Counted from the stretch's first letter, positions 10,161 to 20,253 are shown. The stretch: DNA of 64,000 nt from an uncultured Nitrospinota bacterium (GCA_964570665.1 CAZMZH010000002.1:301642-365641); one strand, 5' to 3'. Notes: generated from the letters alone by a model not told the origin. Translations and numbers: made by a program.

Positions 10161-11539
10161 GCGAGCAAAATACAAAGAGAATTTTAATAGTTGACGACGA
10201 AATAGAAATGAGGATTGCTTTAGAAGCCACTCTTAAACGTGAAGGTTATGAGACTGTTACTGCCGAAAATGGACAAGTGGGGCTGGATCGTTTAGAAAAA
10301 GAGTCTTTCGATTTGGTTTTAACAGACATGAGAATGCCTGAAATGGGTGGAATGGATTTATTGCGATCTTTAAAGAAACGTTATCCAGATGTTCAAGTAG
10401 TGATGATGACGGCTTATGGAACTATTGACAGCGCTGTGGAAAGTATGAAGGTGGGAGCCTTCGATTATTTACTAAAGCCATTTTCAGCTGAAATAGTCGC
10501 TTCGACTATAAAAAGAGCTTTTTTGAAAGGAACGGGGTCTTCTTTCGAGCCGAAAACCGAAGAAACTGAAACTCCGCGAGAAAAAAGCCTTCCAGAGCGG
10601 AGAATAGTTACTGCAAACGCTAAAATGAAAGAAAAATTAGAGTTTGTCGAAAATGTAGCTTACAGCAAATCGACTATTTTAATTTCTGGTGAAAGTGGAA
10701 CTGGTAAAGAGATGTTTGCTCGCTATGTCCATCATTGCAGCCCTAGAAAAGATAAGGCATTTGTGGCCGTAAATTGCGCTGCATTACCCGAAGGGTTGCT
10801 TGAAAGCGAACTATTCGGACATGAAAAGGGGGCTTTTACTGGCGCGGCAACTCGAAAAGAAGGCAAATTTGAAATTGCTAATAAAGGCACCCTTCTTTTA
10901 GACGAAATTACTGAAATGGGCGTTCAACTTCAGGCAAAATTATTACGCGCTTTGCAAGAGCATGAGATTGATCGTGTTGGAGGTAGGGAATCTATACCGG
11001 TTGACGTTAGAGTGATTGCCACTACTAACCGTGATATTAAGCAAAGAATAAGAGAAAATGAATTCCGCGAAGATTTATTTTATCGTTTAAATGTCATACC
11101 CATAGTTTTACCTTCGTTAAGAGAAAGAAAAGAAGACTTAGCTGTGTTAGCCGAATTTTTCATTGAAAAACATGGCAAGGAAGTAGGTAAGAAAATATCT
11201 AAAATTGCGCCGACGACTTTAGATCTATTGAAAAAATATAGCTGGCCCGGCAACGTTAGAGAACTTGAAAATACGATCGAACGCGCTGTTCTATTATGTC
11301 GTGGAGACACTATTCAGCCCTCAGATCTTTTTCTAGATGAAGAAGAGATTTCTTCGACCTCGCCTTCTCCTGAAGTTGGGTCGTTTGTAGGAAAAACTCT
11401 TCATCAAATGGAAAAGGAAATGATTCTTCAAACGCTTGAAGAAGTCGATAACAACAAGACGAAATGCGCTGAAATTTTGGGTATAAGTATTAGAACTTTA
11501 AGAAATAAATTGACCGAATATGAAGCAAAATCAAAGTAA
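10157..11539 (+). CDS. Sigma-54-dependent response regulator (NtrC/FlrC family)
   Basis: Receiver domain (ILIVDDE...LVLTDMRMPEMGG). AAA+ Walker A GESGTGKE and the sigma-54 contact loop ELFGHEKGAFTGA. C-terminal Fis-type HTH (KTKCAEILGISIRTLRNKL). The ATG at 10157 overlaps the kinase stop as ATGA. Confidence 0.9.
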   Translation: MSEQNTKRILIVDDEIEMRIALEATLKREGYETVTAENGQVGLDRLEKESFDLVLTDMRMPEMGGMDLLRSLKKRYPDVQVVMMTAYGTIDSAVESMKVGAFDYLLKPFSAEIVASTIKRAFLKGTGSSFEPKTEETETPREKSLPERRIVTANAKMKEKLEFVENVAYSKSTILISGESGTGKEMFARYVHHCSPRKDKAFVAVNCAALPEGLLESELFGHEKGAFTGAATRKEGKFEIANKGTLLLDEITEMGVQLQAKLLRALQEHEIDRVGGRESIPVDVRVIATTNRDIKQRIRENEFREDLFYRLNVIPIVLPSLRERKEDLAVLAEFFIEKHGKEVGKKISKIAPTTLDLLKKYSWPGNVRELENTIERAVLLCRGDTIQPSDLFLDEEEISSTSPSPEVGSFVGKTLHQMEKEMILQTLEEVDNNKTKCAEILGISIRTLRNKLTEYEAKSK

Positions 11540-11650
11540 AGATTTGTATTTTTTTTGATAGAGATTAGTTAGCTACAAGTTATTCTCCCCCCTTTAGCCT
11601 TCCTTCTTATCCCTCGAAATCCGTTTTGTCAAAATATTGGCAAAATTCTT

Positions 11651-11666
11651 TGGCATGTTATTTGCT
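11651..11666 (+). promoter_or_regulatory. Sigma-54 promoter for the flgC-fliFGHIJ operon
   Basis: TGGCATG-ttat-TTGCT matches TGGCACG-N4-TTGCW at all but one position, 56 nt upstream of the flgC ATG. An imperfect palindrome TTTTGTCAA-aata-TTGGCAAAA (11624-11645) lies immediately upstream. Confidence 0.7.
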
Positions 11667-11721
11667 CTTAACAGTTTAGGAATAAACATTGTCAAAAAAT
11701 TGTCTATGAAAGGCCACGGAT

Positions 11722-12159
11722 ATGGATTTTTTATCTTCAATGAGAGTTAGTTCTTCCGGATTATCAGTACAACGGAAGCGAATGGAGACTATTTCTAGTA
11801 ATCTTGCCAATATTGAAACGACTCGAACTCCAGAAGGCGGACCCTATAGGAGAAAAGATTTAGTCGTTACAGCCTTGCCTTTAGAAGATGAGTTCGGTCA
11901 AAAACTTAGCAGAGAAATGCAATCAAACGTAAATCGAGTTGTAGTAACCGATATTGTTGAAGATCAAGACGAACCCAGATTAGAGTTTCAACCCAATCAT
12001 CCAGATGCAAATGAATTGGGTTATGTTGCCAAGCCTAATATTAATTTGATGAGCGAAATGGTGGATCTAATGACTGCCTCCCGTTCCTATGAAGCAAACG
12101 TAACGGCTATTAACGCTTCGAAGAATATGGCTTTAAGGGCTATTGATCTCGGAAGATAA
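11722..12159 (+). CDS. flgC: Flagellar basal-body rod protein FlgC
   Basis: N-terminal rod motif SGLSVQRKRMETISSNLANIETTRT, and C-terminal MVDLMTASRSYEANV typical of FlgC. Confidence 0.9.
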   Translation: MDFLSSMRVSSSGLSVQRKRMETISSNLANIETTRTPEGGPYRRKDLVVTALPLEDEFGQKLSREMQSNVNRVVVTDIVEDQDEPRLEFQPNHPDANELGYVAKPNINLMSEMVDLMTASRSYEANVTAINASKNMALRAIDLGR

Positions 12160-12195
12160 TCGAACTATTAAACATTAACTAAACCCATAAATCCC

Positions 12196-13791
12196 ATGGA
12201 ACAAATCTTAGCTTTTATCGAAAATATTAAAAGTAGGTACCAAGAGTTTACATCAGGTCAAAAAGGAGCCGTTTGGGCTTTAGTCGCTATTGGAGTTTCT
12301 TCTTTGGTTGCGATGTCTTTTTGGGTTCAAGAACCTGACTTTCAACTTCTTTATTCTAATTTGGCTGCAGAAGATGCCGCAGCGATAGTGGATGATTTGA
12401 AAACTCAAAAGATACCTTATGAGTTAGGAGCTAATGGAACTATTGTAAGGGTGCCTTCTAATAAAGTACACGAATTGCGTTTGCAACTCGCGGCTAAAGG
12501 TTTACCAGAAGGCGGAGAAGTGGGAATGGAATTATTCGAAGATTCATCTCTTGGAATGACAGAATTTGTTCAAAAATTAAATTATCAAAGAGCGTTAGAA
12601 GGCGAATTAATGAGAACTATTAAATCGTTGGATTCAATCAGTCAAGCTCGAGTTCATTTAGTCATTCCAGAGGAAAATATTTTTCTAAGGGAAAAGCCTA
12701 AAGGTAAAGCCTCTATTACTTTAAAAATTAAACCAGGAAGAACTTTGTCGGAAAGCCAAGTTCAGGGGATTGTCCATTTGGTGTCGGGTAGCGTAAAGGG
12801 CATTGCTCCAGAAAATGTGGCTGTTGTTGATATGAAGGGAAATATTCTTTCTGGAGATCAAAAATCTTCTCGCGAAGCCATGATGACGGGCAGCAATTAC
12901 AAGCATAAACGAAATCTTGAGATGGAGTTCGAAAATAGCATTACAAATATGCTCGAAAGCGCTTTAGGAAAAGGAAAAGTCATTGCTCGGGTAACCGCAA
13001 GGCTTAATTTTGATAAGGTAGAAAGAACTGAAGAGATCTACGACCCTGAATCGCAAGTAATCCGGAGCGAACAAAGAGCAACCGAGGCTGTTGTAGGTGC
13101 TGTACCGCCAGGGGGAGTGCCAGGAGTCCAGGCTTTATTGCCTACGGGACAAACTCCAGGAGGAAAAGCTGGGAATGCGGCCAAGAGGAATAACGAAAAG
13201 CAAACTCTGAATTATGAAATTAACAAGGTAATACGTCGAATTACCAAACCGACGGGTGGACTTACGAATCTTTCCGTAAGCGTTATGGTGGATGGTACGC
13301 TCGACCCAGAGGCCAATTATAAACCGAGAACGCCAGAAGAGATGGCGACTTATTTAGATTTAGTTAAAAGAGCGGTTGGTTATAACGCTCAACGTGGAGA
13401 CAAAATTAAAGTTGAGAACGTCCAGTTTGATAAAACTCTTCAGTTGCAAGAAGCCGAGCGTTTAAAGCAGGCTGAACAATTGGAACTTGGGTTAGAAATT
13501 GGTAAAATATTATTAGGTTTCATCTTTGTCTTCTTGTTCTATACTCGATTAGTTAGACCGCTAGTTACTTGGATGACCACAAGCGTTGAAGTCGTTGAAG
13601 AAGGACCTGCAGTTCCTGAGATCATCGCGACTGATGAAGAACTGGAAGAAGAAAGACAAAGATTGGCAGAATTAGGACCTGCCGCTCAAGAAATTAGAAA
13701 TGCCGTTAACGAATTTGTAGATACAGATCCTGCGTTTTCAGCCAGTATTGTCCGTAAGTGGTTGAGGGAACGTAAAGGGGTAGACGAGTAA
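12196..13791 (+). CDS. fliF: Flagellar MS-ring protein FliF
   Basis: 531 aa. N-terminal TM, YscJ/FliF ring-building region (LQLAAKGLPEGGEVGMELFE, ARVHLVIPE), second TM near the C-terminus, acidic FliG-binding tail. Confidence 0.9.
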   Translation: MEQILAFIENIKSRYQEFTSGQKGAVWALVAIGVSSLVAMSFWVQEPDFQLLYSNLAAEDAAAIVDDLKTQKIPYELGANGTIVRVPSNKVHELRLQLAAKGLPEGGEVGMELFEDSSLGMTEFVQKLNYQRALEGELMRTIKSLDSISQARVHLVIPEENIFLREKPKGKASITLKIKPGRTLSESQVQGIVHLVSGSVKGIAPENVAVVDMKGNILSGDQKSSREAMMTGSNYKHKRNLEMEFENSITNMLESALGKGKVIARVTARLNFDKVERTEEIYDPESQVIRSEQRATEAVVGAVPPGGVPGVQALLPTGQTPGGKAGNAAKRNNEKQTLNYEINKVIRRITKPTGGLTNLSVSVMVDGTLDPEANYKPRTPEEMATYLDLVKRAVGYNAQRGDKIKVENVQFDKTLQLQEAERLKQAEQLELGLEIGKILLGFIFVFLFYTRLVRPLVTWMTTSVEVVEEGPAVPEIIATDEELEEERQRLAELGPAAQEIRNAVNEFVDTDPAFSASIVRKWLRERKGVDE

Positions 13792-13805
13792 AATAGGAGA
13801 TAACG

Positions 13806-14816
13806 ATGGCTAGAGAATATACGGGACCTGAAAAAGCTTCAATTTTTTTGATGTCTTTAGGCGAAGAGCCTGCCGCTAAAGTTTTAGCAAATCTGGACGA
13901 ACGGGAAATTCAATCCATAGGTAACTACATGTCGGCTCTAGCCGATGTGGATATCCAAACTATGGATAAAGTTCGAAAAGAATTTCATGAAGCCGTAGAA
14001 TCTGGAACCGGCGGTATTGGATTAGGCGGTGTGGAGTTTTTAAAATCAACTCTTATGAAAGCGTTGGATCCTGTTAAAGCGGCGGAAATTTTAAATAACA
14101 TTACTTCTCCTACGGATGAACTAGAAGGCGGTTTGGAAACGGTTCGAATGTTGGATCCTAGAACCATATCCAACTTTTTAGTGAATGAACATCCTCAAAC
14201 CGCAGCCATAATTATGGCTCATCTAGAACCTATTGTCGCCAGCGCAGTATTGAAGGAATTACCTGAAGATATGCGAACGGAGGTTGTACATCGCCTCGCT
14301 ACCTTAGAGCGGGTTGCTCCTATGGTTATTAGAGAATTAGACGAAGCCCTCCAAAACGAGTTACGCGCTTCTACCGCAGTATCTGGTAGTAAAATGGGAG
14401 GAGTCGATAATGCGGCTAAGATCATGGGAACTTTGGATCGAACCACTGAGACTTCAATTTTAACCGAATTAGACGAGGTAGATCCTGATTTAGCTAATGA
14501 AATTCGGAATCTAAGGTTCACCTTTGAAGACGTTGTCAAAATCGACGACCATGGTTTGCAAATGGTATTAAAAGAAGTGAATCAGGAAGATTTGCTGATA
14601 GCTCTCAAAACCGCTACCGATAAGTTAAAAGATAAAATCTTTAACAACATGTCAGAGCGGGCTTCCATGATGCTCAAAGAAGATCTAGAAGCCATGGGGC
14701 CAAAAAAAATTAGCGAAGTAGAAAATAGCCAAAGTAAAGTAATTAATGTGTGTAAAAGGTTAGAGGAAGAAGGAAAAATTGTAATTGGTGGCGGAGCAGA
14801 GGATCAATATGTCTGA
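13806..14816 (+). CDS. fliG: Flagellar motor switch protein FliG
   Basis: 336 aa. GPEKASIFLMSLGEEPAAKVL N-terminus, conserved middle and C-terminal domains (MLKEDLEAMGPKKISEVE). Confidence 0.92.
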   Translation: MAREYTGPEKASIFLMSLGEEPAAKVLANLDEREIQSIGNYMSALADVDIQTMDKVRKEFHEAVESGTGGIGLGGVEFLKSTLMKALDPVKAAEILNNITSPTDELEGGLETVRMLDPRTISNFLVNEHPQTAAIIMAHLEPIVASAVLKELPEDMRTEVVHRLATLERVAPMVIRELDEALQNELRASTAVSGSKMGGVDNAAKIMGTLDRTTETSILTELDEVDPDLANEIRNLRFTFEDVVKIDDHGLQMVLKEVNQEDLLIALKTATDKLKDKIFNNMSERASMMLKEDLEAMGPKKISEVENSQSKVINVCKRLEEEGKIVIGGGAEDQYV

Positions 14817-15633
14817 TGAAATTTCGGGATCTTTCCAAAGAGATTTCCTTAAAAGCGAAACGGCTGAAAGCGTTCAAACTAAAGAACAATGGGAATATGA
14901 GCTTACGGATTTAGTCAATCCCGAAGAAGTTGGCGAGAAACGATTTATTTACGACTCGGATGAAGCTCGTAATTTTGACCAAACAAACGTTAAGCGCGCT
15001 CGCGAAGGAGTTAAAGAGATTCTTGCCGACGCTATCGATAAGGCAAAATCTAAAGCGACTCAAATAAGAGACGAATCTCGAAAATTAGGATATGACGAGG
15101 GAAATAAAGAAGGCTTTCAAAAAGGCGAAAATGATGCCTCGCAAGAATTTGAGCCTTTTTTTAAAACATTTGATCAATGTGTCCGAGAGCTAACGGTTTT
15201 TAGAAAAAAGATGTACGGCAAGGTGGAAAGGGAAATGATGGAGATGGTGGTTGGATTAACCAAGAAAATTGTCCATCATGAAATGAGCATCCGAGAAGAT
15301 AGCATAAAAGAAATGATCCGATTGGCAGTGGATTCGGTATTAGATAAAGAGACTATGATTATCAAAGTGAACCCTGCCGACAAAGGTTATGCGGAAAGCT
15401 TTAGACCCGAATTGCACTTGTTGTTTGACGAGATTAGAAATATTACTTTCGAAGCTTCTCCAGCAATGGAACGAGGAGGATGCGTAATAGAAACGAATTT
15501 TGGAACTGTGGATGCGCAGATTAAACACTTAGATGAAGAAATTGATAAAATTCTTAATCTAACGCCAAGGCCGTTTGAAGAAGAAGGGGACTTGGAAGAA
15601 GAGTTAGAGGATACGGAATCCGATGGAAACTAG
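14809..15633 (+). CDS. fliH: Flagellar assembly protein FliH
   Basis: Position between fliG and fliI. C-terminal FliH block (VNPADKGY...GGCVIETNFGTVDAQI). Preferred ATG at 14809 overlaps the fliG stop; the ORF track begins at 14785. Confidence 0.78.
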   Translation: MSDEISGSFQRDFLKSETAESVQTKEQWEYELTDLVNPEEVGEKRFIYDSDEARNFDQTNVKRAREGVKEILADAIDKAKSKATQIRDESRKLGYDEGNKEGFQKGENDASQEFEPFFKTFDQCVRELTVFRKKMYGKVEREMMEMVVGLTKKIVHHEMSIREDSIKEMIRLAVDSVLDKETMIIKVNPADKGYAESFRPELHLLFDEIRNITFEASPAMERGGCVIETNFGTVDAQIKHLDEEIDKILNLTPRPFEEEGDLEEELEDTESDGN

Positions 15634-16942
15634 TATAGATATATCAAAATATCGATCTTTCATAGCAAATACACGACTAGTAAAAAAGAGCGGTAAAGTT
15701 AAAAGAATCGTTGGAATGATACTAGAGGGCGATGGACCTCCATGCGCAGTGGGGGCTACATGCACTATTTTTCCTTTAAGCGGGAAAGATCCTGTGAGAG
15801 CTCAGGTTGTCGGTTTTCAGGATAATAAGACGCTTCTAATGCCATTAGGCGATATTTATGGAATAGAACCTGGAAGCAAAATTGAAGCGGAAGAAGATTC
15901 TCCAACCTTTTCAGTTACTCCAAATTTAATTGGCCGAGTTATCGACGGGACAGGAGCTCCCATAGATGGCAAAGGCCATATTCCATTGGGCGTTCAATAT
16001 CCCTTAATGGGTACGCCTATTAATCCCTTGGAAAGAAATCGTATCAACGAACCTTTAAACATGGGGGTCCGCGCAATTAATGGATTGTTGACCTGTGCCA
16101 AAGGTCAACGCATTGGTATTATGGCGGGAACAGGAGTGGGTAAATCTGTTTTAATGGGAATGATTGCGCGTAATACATCGGCAGACTTGAACGTAATCGC
16201 TTTAATTGGAGAAAGAGGACGTGAAGTTCGGGAATTTATAGACGAAAACTTAGGACCAGAGGGATTAAAAAAATCTATTGTTGTTGTCGCAACGTCTGAT
16301 CAACCGCCGCCAGTTCGTTTGCGGGGAGCTTATATTGCCACCACTATTGCCGAATATTTTAGAGACCAGGGTAAAAATGTAGTTTTGATGATGGATTCTG
16401 TAACTAGGTTTGCGATGGCGCAAAGAGAAATTGGATTATCTGCTGGCGAACCGCCAACGACTCGCGGTTATACCCCCTCGGTATTTTCTTTACTGCCAAG
16501 ATTGTTAGAAAGAGCGGGAACTACCCAGGCATCTGGAAGTATCACGGGGCTTTATACTGTTTTAGTGGAAGGCGACGATTTAAACGAACCTGTGGCCGAT
16601 TCTATTCGAGCAATCTTAGATGGGCATATTGTGTTATCTAGAGAATTAGCGTCTCATAATCACTATCCAGCAATCGATGTTTTAAGCAGCGTTAGTAGAT
16701 TGATGATAGATGTTGCGTCAAAAGATCACCATCAAGATACAATGAGGTTTAAGGATATATTAGCGACTTATAAAGAAGCTGAAGACTTAATTAATATTGG
16801 CGCCTACGCGAAAGGGAGTAACCCCAAAATTGATAATGCCATGGAGAAAATTGACGCTATGAATAATTTCCTTCGTCAGGGAATTATGGAAACGTCTAGC
16901 CTTGAAGAAAGTATTGGTGGGTTAAAACAAATAATTAATTAA
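15623..16942 (+). CDS. fliI: Flagellum-specific ATPase FliI
   Basis: Walker A GTGVGKSVL, Walker B VVLMMDSVTRFA, F1/T3SS-ATPase-like throughout. Overlaps the fliH end by 11 nt. Confidence 0.93.
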   Translation: METSIDISKYRSFIANTRLVKKSGKVKRIVGMILEGDGPPCAVGATCTIFPLSGKDPVRAQVVGFQDNKTLLMPLGDIYGIEPGSKIEAEEDSPTFSVTPNLIGRVIDGTGAPIDGKGHIPLGVQYPLMGTPINPLERNRINEPLNMGVRAINGLLTCAKGQRIGIMAGTGVGKSVLMGMIARNTSADLNVIALIGERGREVREFIDENLGPEGLKKSIVVVATSDQPPPVRLRGAYIATTIAEYFRDQGKNVVLMMDSVTRFAMAQREIGLSAGEPPTTRGYTPSVFSLLPRLLERAGTTQASGSITGLYTVLVEGDDLNEPVADSIRAILDGHIVLSRELASHNHYPAIDVLSSVSRLMIDVASKDHHQDTMRFKDILATYKEAEDLINIGAYAKGSNPKIDNAMEKIDAMNNFLRQGIMETSSLEESIGGLKQIIN

Positions 16943-16975
16943 AGCAAACAAATCGTTTTTTTAAGAAAAAATATT

Positions 16976-17413
16976 ATGGCATTTAAGTTAGAAACGCTCC
17001 TAAAAATGAGAATTAATAATGAAAATTCTATAAAAAAAGAGTTTTCGGAAATTCAGAATCATTTAATTTCTCAGCAAAAACGGCTTCAATTTATGGAAAA
17101 CGTTGGCAATAAAACTAAAGTTAATTGGAATCAAGCTATTAGCGGGCAAATCGATCCTAATATGTTGGAAGTATACAATCAATTCTTTGACGGTATTGAA
17201 AGCCAAAAAAAATTGCAGCAAAATATTATTTCGGAGATAGATGAAAAAGCTAGGGCTAAAAGGACAGTTTTAGCAAAAGCAATGCAAAGTAGGAAAACTT
17301 TGGAAATTTTAAAAGAGAAACAATTAAAAGAAGAAAAAGACATGCGGCTTAAAATAGAAACGGCCATGTTGGATGAAGTTGCCGCAATCCAGTGGAATAG
17401 AAGGTCGAAATAA
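16976..17413 (+). CDS. fliJ: Flagellar export chaperone FliJ
   Basis: 145-aa coiled-coil protein directly after fliI, the canonical position and size. Confidence 0.7.
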   Translation: MAFKLETLLKMRINNENSIKKEFSEIQNHLISQQKRLQFMENVGNKTKVNWNQAISGQIDPNMLEVYNQFFDGIESQKKLQQNIISEIDEKARAKRTVLAKAMQSRKTLEILKEKQLKEEKDMRLKIETAMLDEVAAIQWNRRSK

Positions 17414-18006
17414 TGTTTCGAAATTTTCTTTTTTTATTCTCTTTTTTCTTTTTTTATTTTACGCCGTTTAGTTCTTATGATTGCAAATGGATGAATTGGA
17501 ATATAGGTCAAAAAATTGCTTTTGCGCAAATGGCCGATAAAAAAGAGCTCAAAAACGACGCAAAAGATCCAGGTTTATCGCGCAAACCGCAAAACGTTAA
17601 TGTGGAAACTCTTCGCCTTATCGAGCGAATCGAAACAAAAACTAAAGAATTAAAGAAACGAGAAGAAGCTGTGAAGTTAAAGGAACAACAGCTTAAAGAC
17701 CTTGAGAAAAAGGTAAAAAAAGATTTAAAGAAAATTGAGGACGCAATAAATCAAGGCCAAGTTCTGTTAGGAATTTCAGACGATTTAAATCAAGAAAACT
17801 TGGATCTTTTGGTAAATATTTATTCTTCCATGCGTCCCGAAGATGCCGCTCCTTTAATTGGAGCTTTGGATGAGCGTATTGGAATTCCAATAATTTCTCG
17901 TATGAAGAGTAAAATAGCGGCTCAGATTTTAAGTCAAATGGATCCTAAAGCCGTAAAAGTGATTAGTGAAAAACTAGTAAATCCCGCGAAGTATAAAGAA
18001 AGATAG
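17413..18006 (+). CDS. Flagellar-operon protein with MgtE-N-like domain (YlxF/MotE-like)
   Basis: 1-nt overlap with the fliJ stop. N-terminal hydrophobic segment, Lys/Glu coiled coil, C-terminal MgtE_N-like helices (MRPEDAAPLIGALDERIGIPIISRMKSKIAAQILSQMDPKAV). Confidence 0.6.
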   Translation: MFRNFLFLFSFFFFYFTPFSSYDCKWMNWNIGQKIAFAQMADKKELKNDAKDPGLSRKPQNVNVETLRLIERIETKTKELKKREEAVKLKEQQLKDLEKKVKKDLKKIEDAINQGQVLLGISDDLNQENLDLLVNIYSSMRPEDAAPLIGALDERIGIPIISRMKSKIAAQILSQMDPKAVKVISEKLVNPAKYKER

Positions 18007-18013
18007 ACTTGCA

Positions 18014-18688
18014 TTAATTATTTTCCGAAGCGGGGAAATGTTTCTGTATTTTTTTTTCAGAAACTTCCGGATTATACATTCCCACCGAAACAATCATTTT
18101 TAACCCTTGGTCAACAGGAAAGTCTAAAGGAATAACCTTTTCTTTAGGCAAGATTACCGTAAAGCCGGTGGTAGGGTTTGGAGTGGTTGGAACAAAAATA
18201 TTTACGAAGCCTTTTCCTAATTTATCTTCCACTTCTCCAAATGCGTCGCAACATATTATTCCAAGGCTTTGCAATCCCTCTCTTGGATAATCCAGGACGA
18301 CAGCTTTTTGGAATTTTGGAGTTCCTGTTTCCGAAACAGTTGTCATTAACTTTTTTATGGTCGCATAAATTGAGCGTACAAACGGAATTCTTTGAACAAT
18401 AATATCGCCAAAGCCGACAACTTTTTTGCCGTACCAATTAGTCGCAAAAAGACCCGCTAAAATTATTAAAATAAACAGAATGAAAAAACCAGTTCCAGGG
18501 ATATATATGTTATCCGATATATGGATGCCTGTCTTGTGTAATAGATTGTTTATAAATGGGACCAACGATTCGTCTAAGCTAGAATTCACGAATGAAAACA
18601 GAAAGTAAGTCAGGCCGGTTGGAATTACTACAAGAAGCCCTGCAATGATATTTTTTTTGATTTTGGTTTTAATAGAAGTCTGAGGCAT
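18014..18688 (-). CDS. DUF502 family membrane protein
   Basis: Two N-terminal TM helices and the conserved stretch PGTGFFILFILIILAGLFATNWYGKKV...IPFVRSIYATIKKL. Confidence 0.75.
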   Translation of the reverse strand: MPQTSIKTKIKKNIIAGLLVVIPTGLTYFLFSFVNSSLDESLVPFINNLLHKTGIHISDNIYIPGTGFFILFILIILAGLFATNWYGKKVVGFGDIIVQRIPFVRSIYATIKKLMTTVSETGTPKFQKAVVLDYPREGLQSLGIICCDAFGEVEDKLGKGFVNIFVPTTPNPTTGFTVILPKEKVIPLDFPVDQGLKMIVSVGMYNPEVSEKKIQKHFPASENN

Positions 18689-18807
18689 GGAAACGCCCTA
18701 GGAGATAAAAATTATTTTGACTTCATTCTAAGCTTTTTAAATTACTTAAACAAGGGAAGGAGAAAACTCAAAAAATAATAAGAACCATAGCCAAAAAATA
18801 GAAGGGA

Positions 18808-20244
18808 CTAGCCTACTAAAGATTCTAGATGATTTTTTACTCGTGTTACCAATTGAGGATGACGGTCGCCCCCAAGCTTAATAAATCTTCGGTAGAAATA
18901 AATAGCCGAAGTCATATTACCCATTTCTTCGTAAAGCAAACCTAAGTTGTAATTTGTACCTGGATGGTCTGGATCGATTTTAAACGCTTTATTGTATACA
19001 GATTGTGCTTTTTCTAACCAGTTTTGTTTTTTATAGATTATACCTAAATTATTGTAGGTTTCGAGGTTATCGGGTTCTGCCTGAATTGCTTTTTTGTAAT
19101 TGGAAATGGCTCCCTTGATATTTCCTTTTTTATAATACACGACCCCAATATTGTTATATGCTTTAGAGAAATTGGGATCTATGTATAGGGCGCGCATAAA
19201 TTGCTCAAGCGAAGCGTCATACATCCTTAACTTTTTATAAATTAACCCGATATTGTTGTAGATTTCTGGGTTCCTAGGGTCTAATTCGGCGGCTTTTTGA
19301 TAGTTGATTAAAGCTTCTTGATGATCGCCCGCTTCTTGGTGGAAAGTTCCCATGTTGAAATAGTAATTTGAATCCTTAAATATTTCAGGAGTTGCAGTTT
19401 TAGGGAGTGGAGGGGATTCTAAGCTCTTGATGGGCATCATTTCATCGGGAGAAAAATTTGCCATTTCTAACTTTTCGCCATCATCTCCCGAAATTTGCTC
19501 TAAAAATTCCTTTGGACTTAAGATAACAACATGTTTAACTTTTCCGCTTGAAATTTGATCTCTAACCGAGTTTGACCTTGAGCTGGAGACTGTTCGATTT
19601 CTCCGATTTTTTTTTGCCGTTTTCTTAGGACCTCTTCTTATCCTAATTTCTAACGGAGGAGACTCGTTTACCGGAACAACTTTTGATCCTTCATTTTGTG
19701 GCTGGGGTATTTCATCCTCAGGTATTTCGGTTTCAATTTCTTCAATAGGAATCTGTGGTTCCTGAGCCATCGTTTGTGTTGAAGGTTCTAAGTTTTCGGT
19801 TTTGCTTTCAACGTTTTGCGAATTTGAAACAGGTTTGTTTGCTTGATCATTCGCAGGTTGTGGGGGAACGAAAGGTTCTAAAGTTTCAGTTGCTTTGGAA
19901 TTCGCCGGCGCCGTTGTAGGTTGTGGGGTTAATTTTGGTTCTTGTGGCTGTGCCGGAATTTTCGCTGTTTGGATGGGAGGTGACTTTTTCTTTTTTAAGC
20001 CCAGGTCTTCCAATATTGGTAATTCGGTAACTTTGGTGTTTTTATCAAAAGCTCCTGAGAAAACCAAATATGAAAATATAATGCCTAAAACTCCGATAGC
20101 TACCGCTTGTCCCAGAACTTTTTTGTCGGGAATTTTTCCAGAAATCTTGCTTTTTGAGCCTATTAAATTGAATTGTGGTACTTTTGGCCCTAGAGATTCT
20201 TTAGCTTTTAACGCTTTTTTAAGACTATCGGCTATTAAACTCAT
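18808..20244 (-). CDS. TPR protein with N-terminal TM anchor and Pro/Gln-rich linker (MshN-like position)
   Basis: TM (AVAIGVLGIIFSYLVFSGAF), a ~200-aa low-complexity P/Q/E-rich region, then 5-6 TPR repeats (AELDPRNPEIYNNIGLIYKK etc.). Follows the ExeA/MshM-like gene as in MSHA loci. Confidence 0.6.
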   Translation of the reverse strand: MSLIADSLKKALKAKESLGPKVPQFNLIGSKSKISGKIPDKKVLGQAVAIGVLGIIFSYLVFSGAFDKNTKVTELPILEDLGLKKKKSPPIQTAKIPAQPQEPKLTPQPTTAPANSKATETLEPFVPPQPANDQANKPVSNSQNVESKTENLEPSTQTMAQEPQIPIEEIETEIPEDEIPQPQNEGSKVVPVNESPPLEIRIRRGPKKTAKKNRRNRTVSSSRSNSVRDQISSGKVKHVVILSPKEFLEQISGDDGEKLEMANFSPDEMMPIKSLESPPLPKTATPEIFKDSNYYFNMGTFHQEAGDHQEALINYQKAAELDPRNPEIYNNIGLIYKKLRMYDASLEQFMRALYIDPNFSKAYNNIGVVYYKKGNIKGAISNYKKAIQAEPDNLETYNNLGIIYKKQNWLEKAQSVYNKAFKIDPDHPGTNYNLGLLYEEMGNMTSAIYFYRRFIKLGGDRHPQLVTRVKNHLESLVG

Positions 20245-20253
20245 GGCGGTCTC

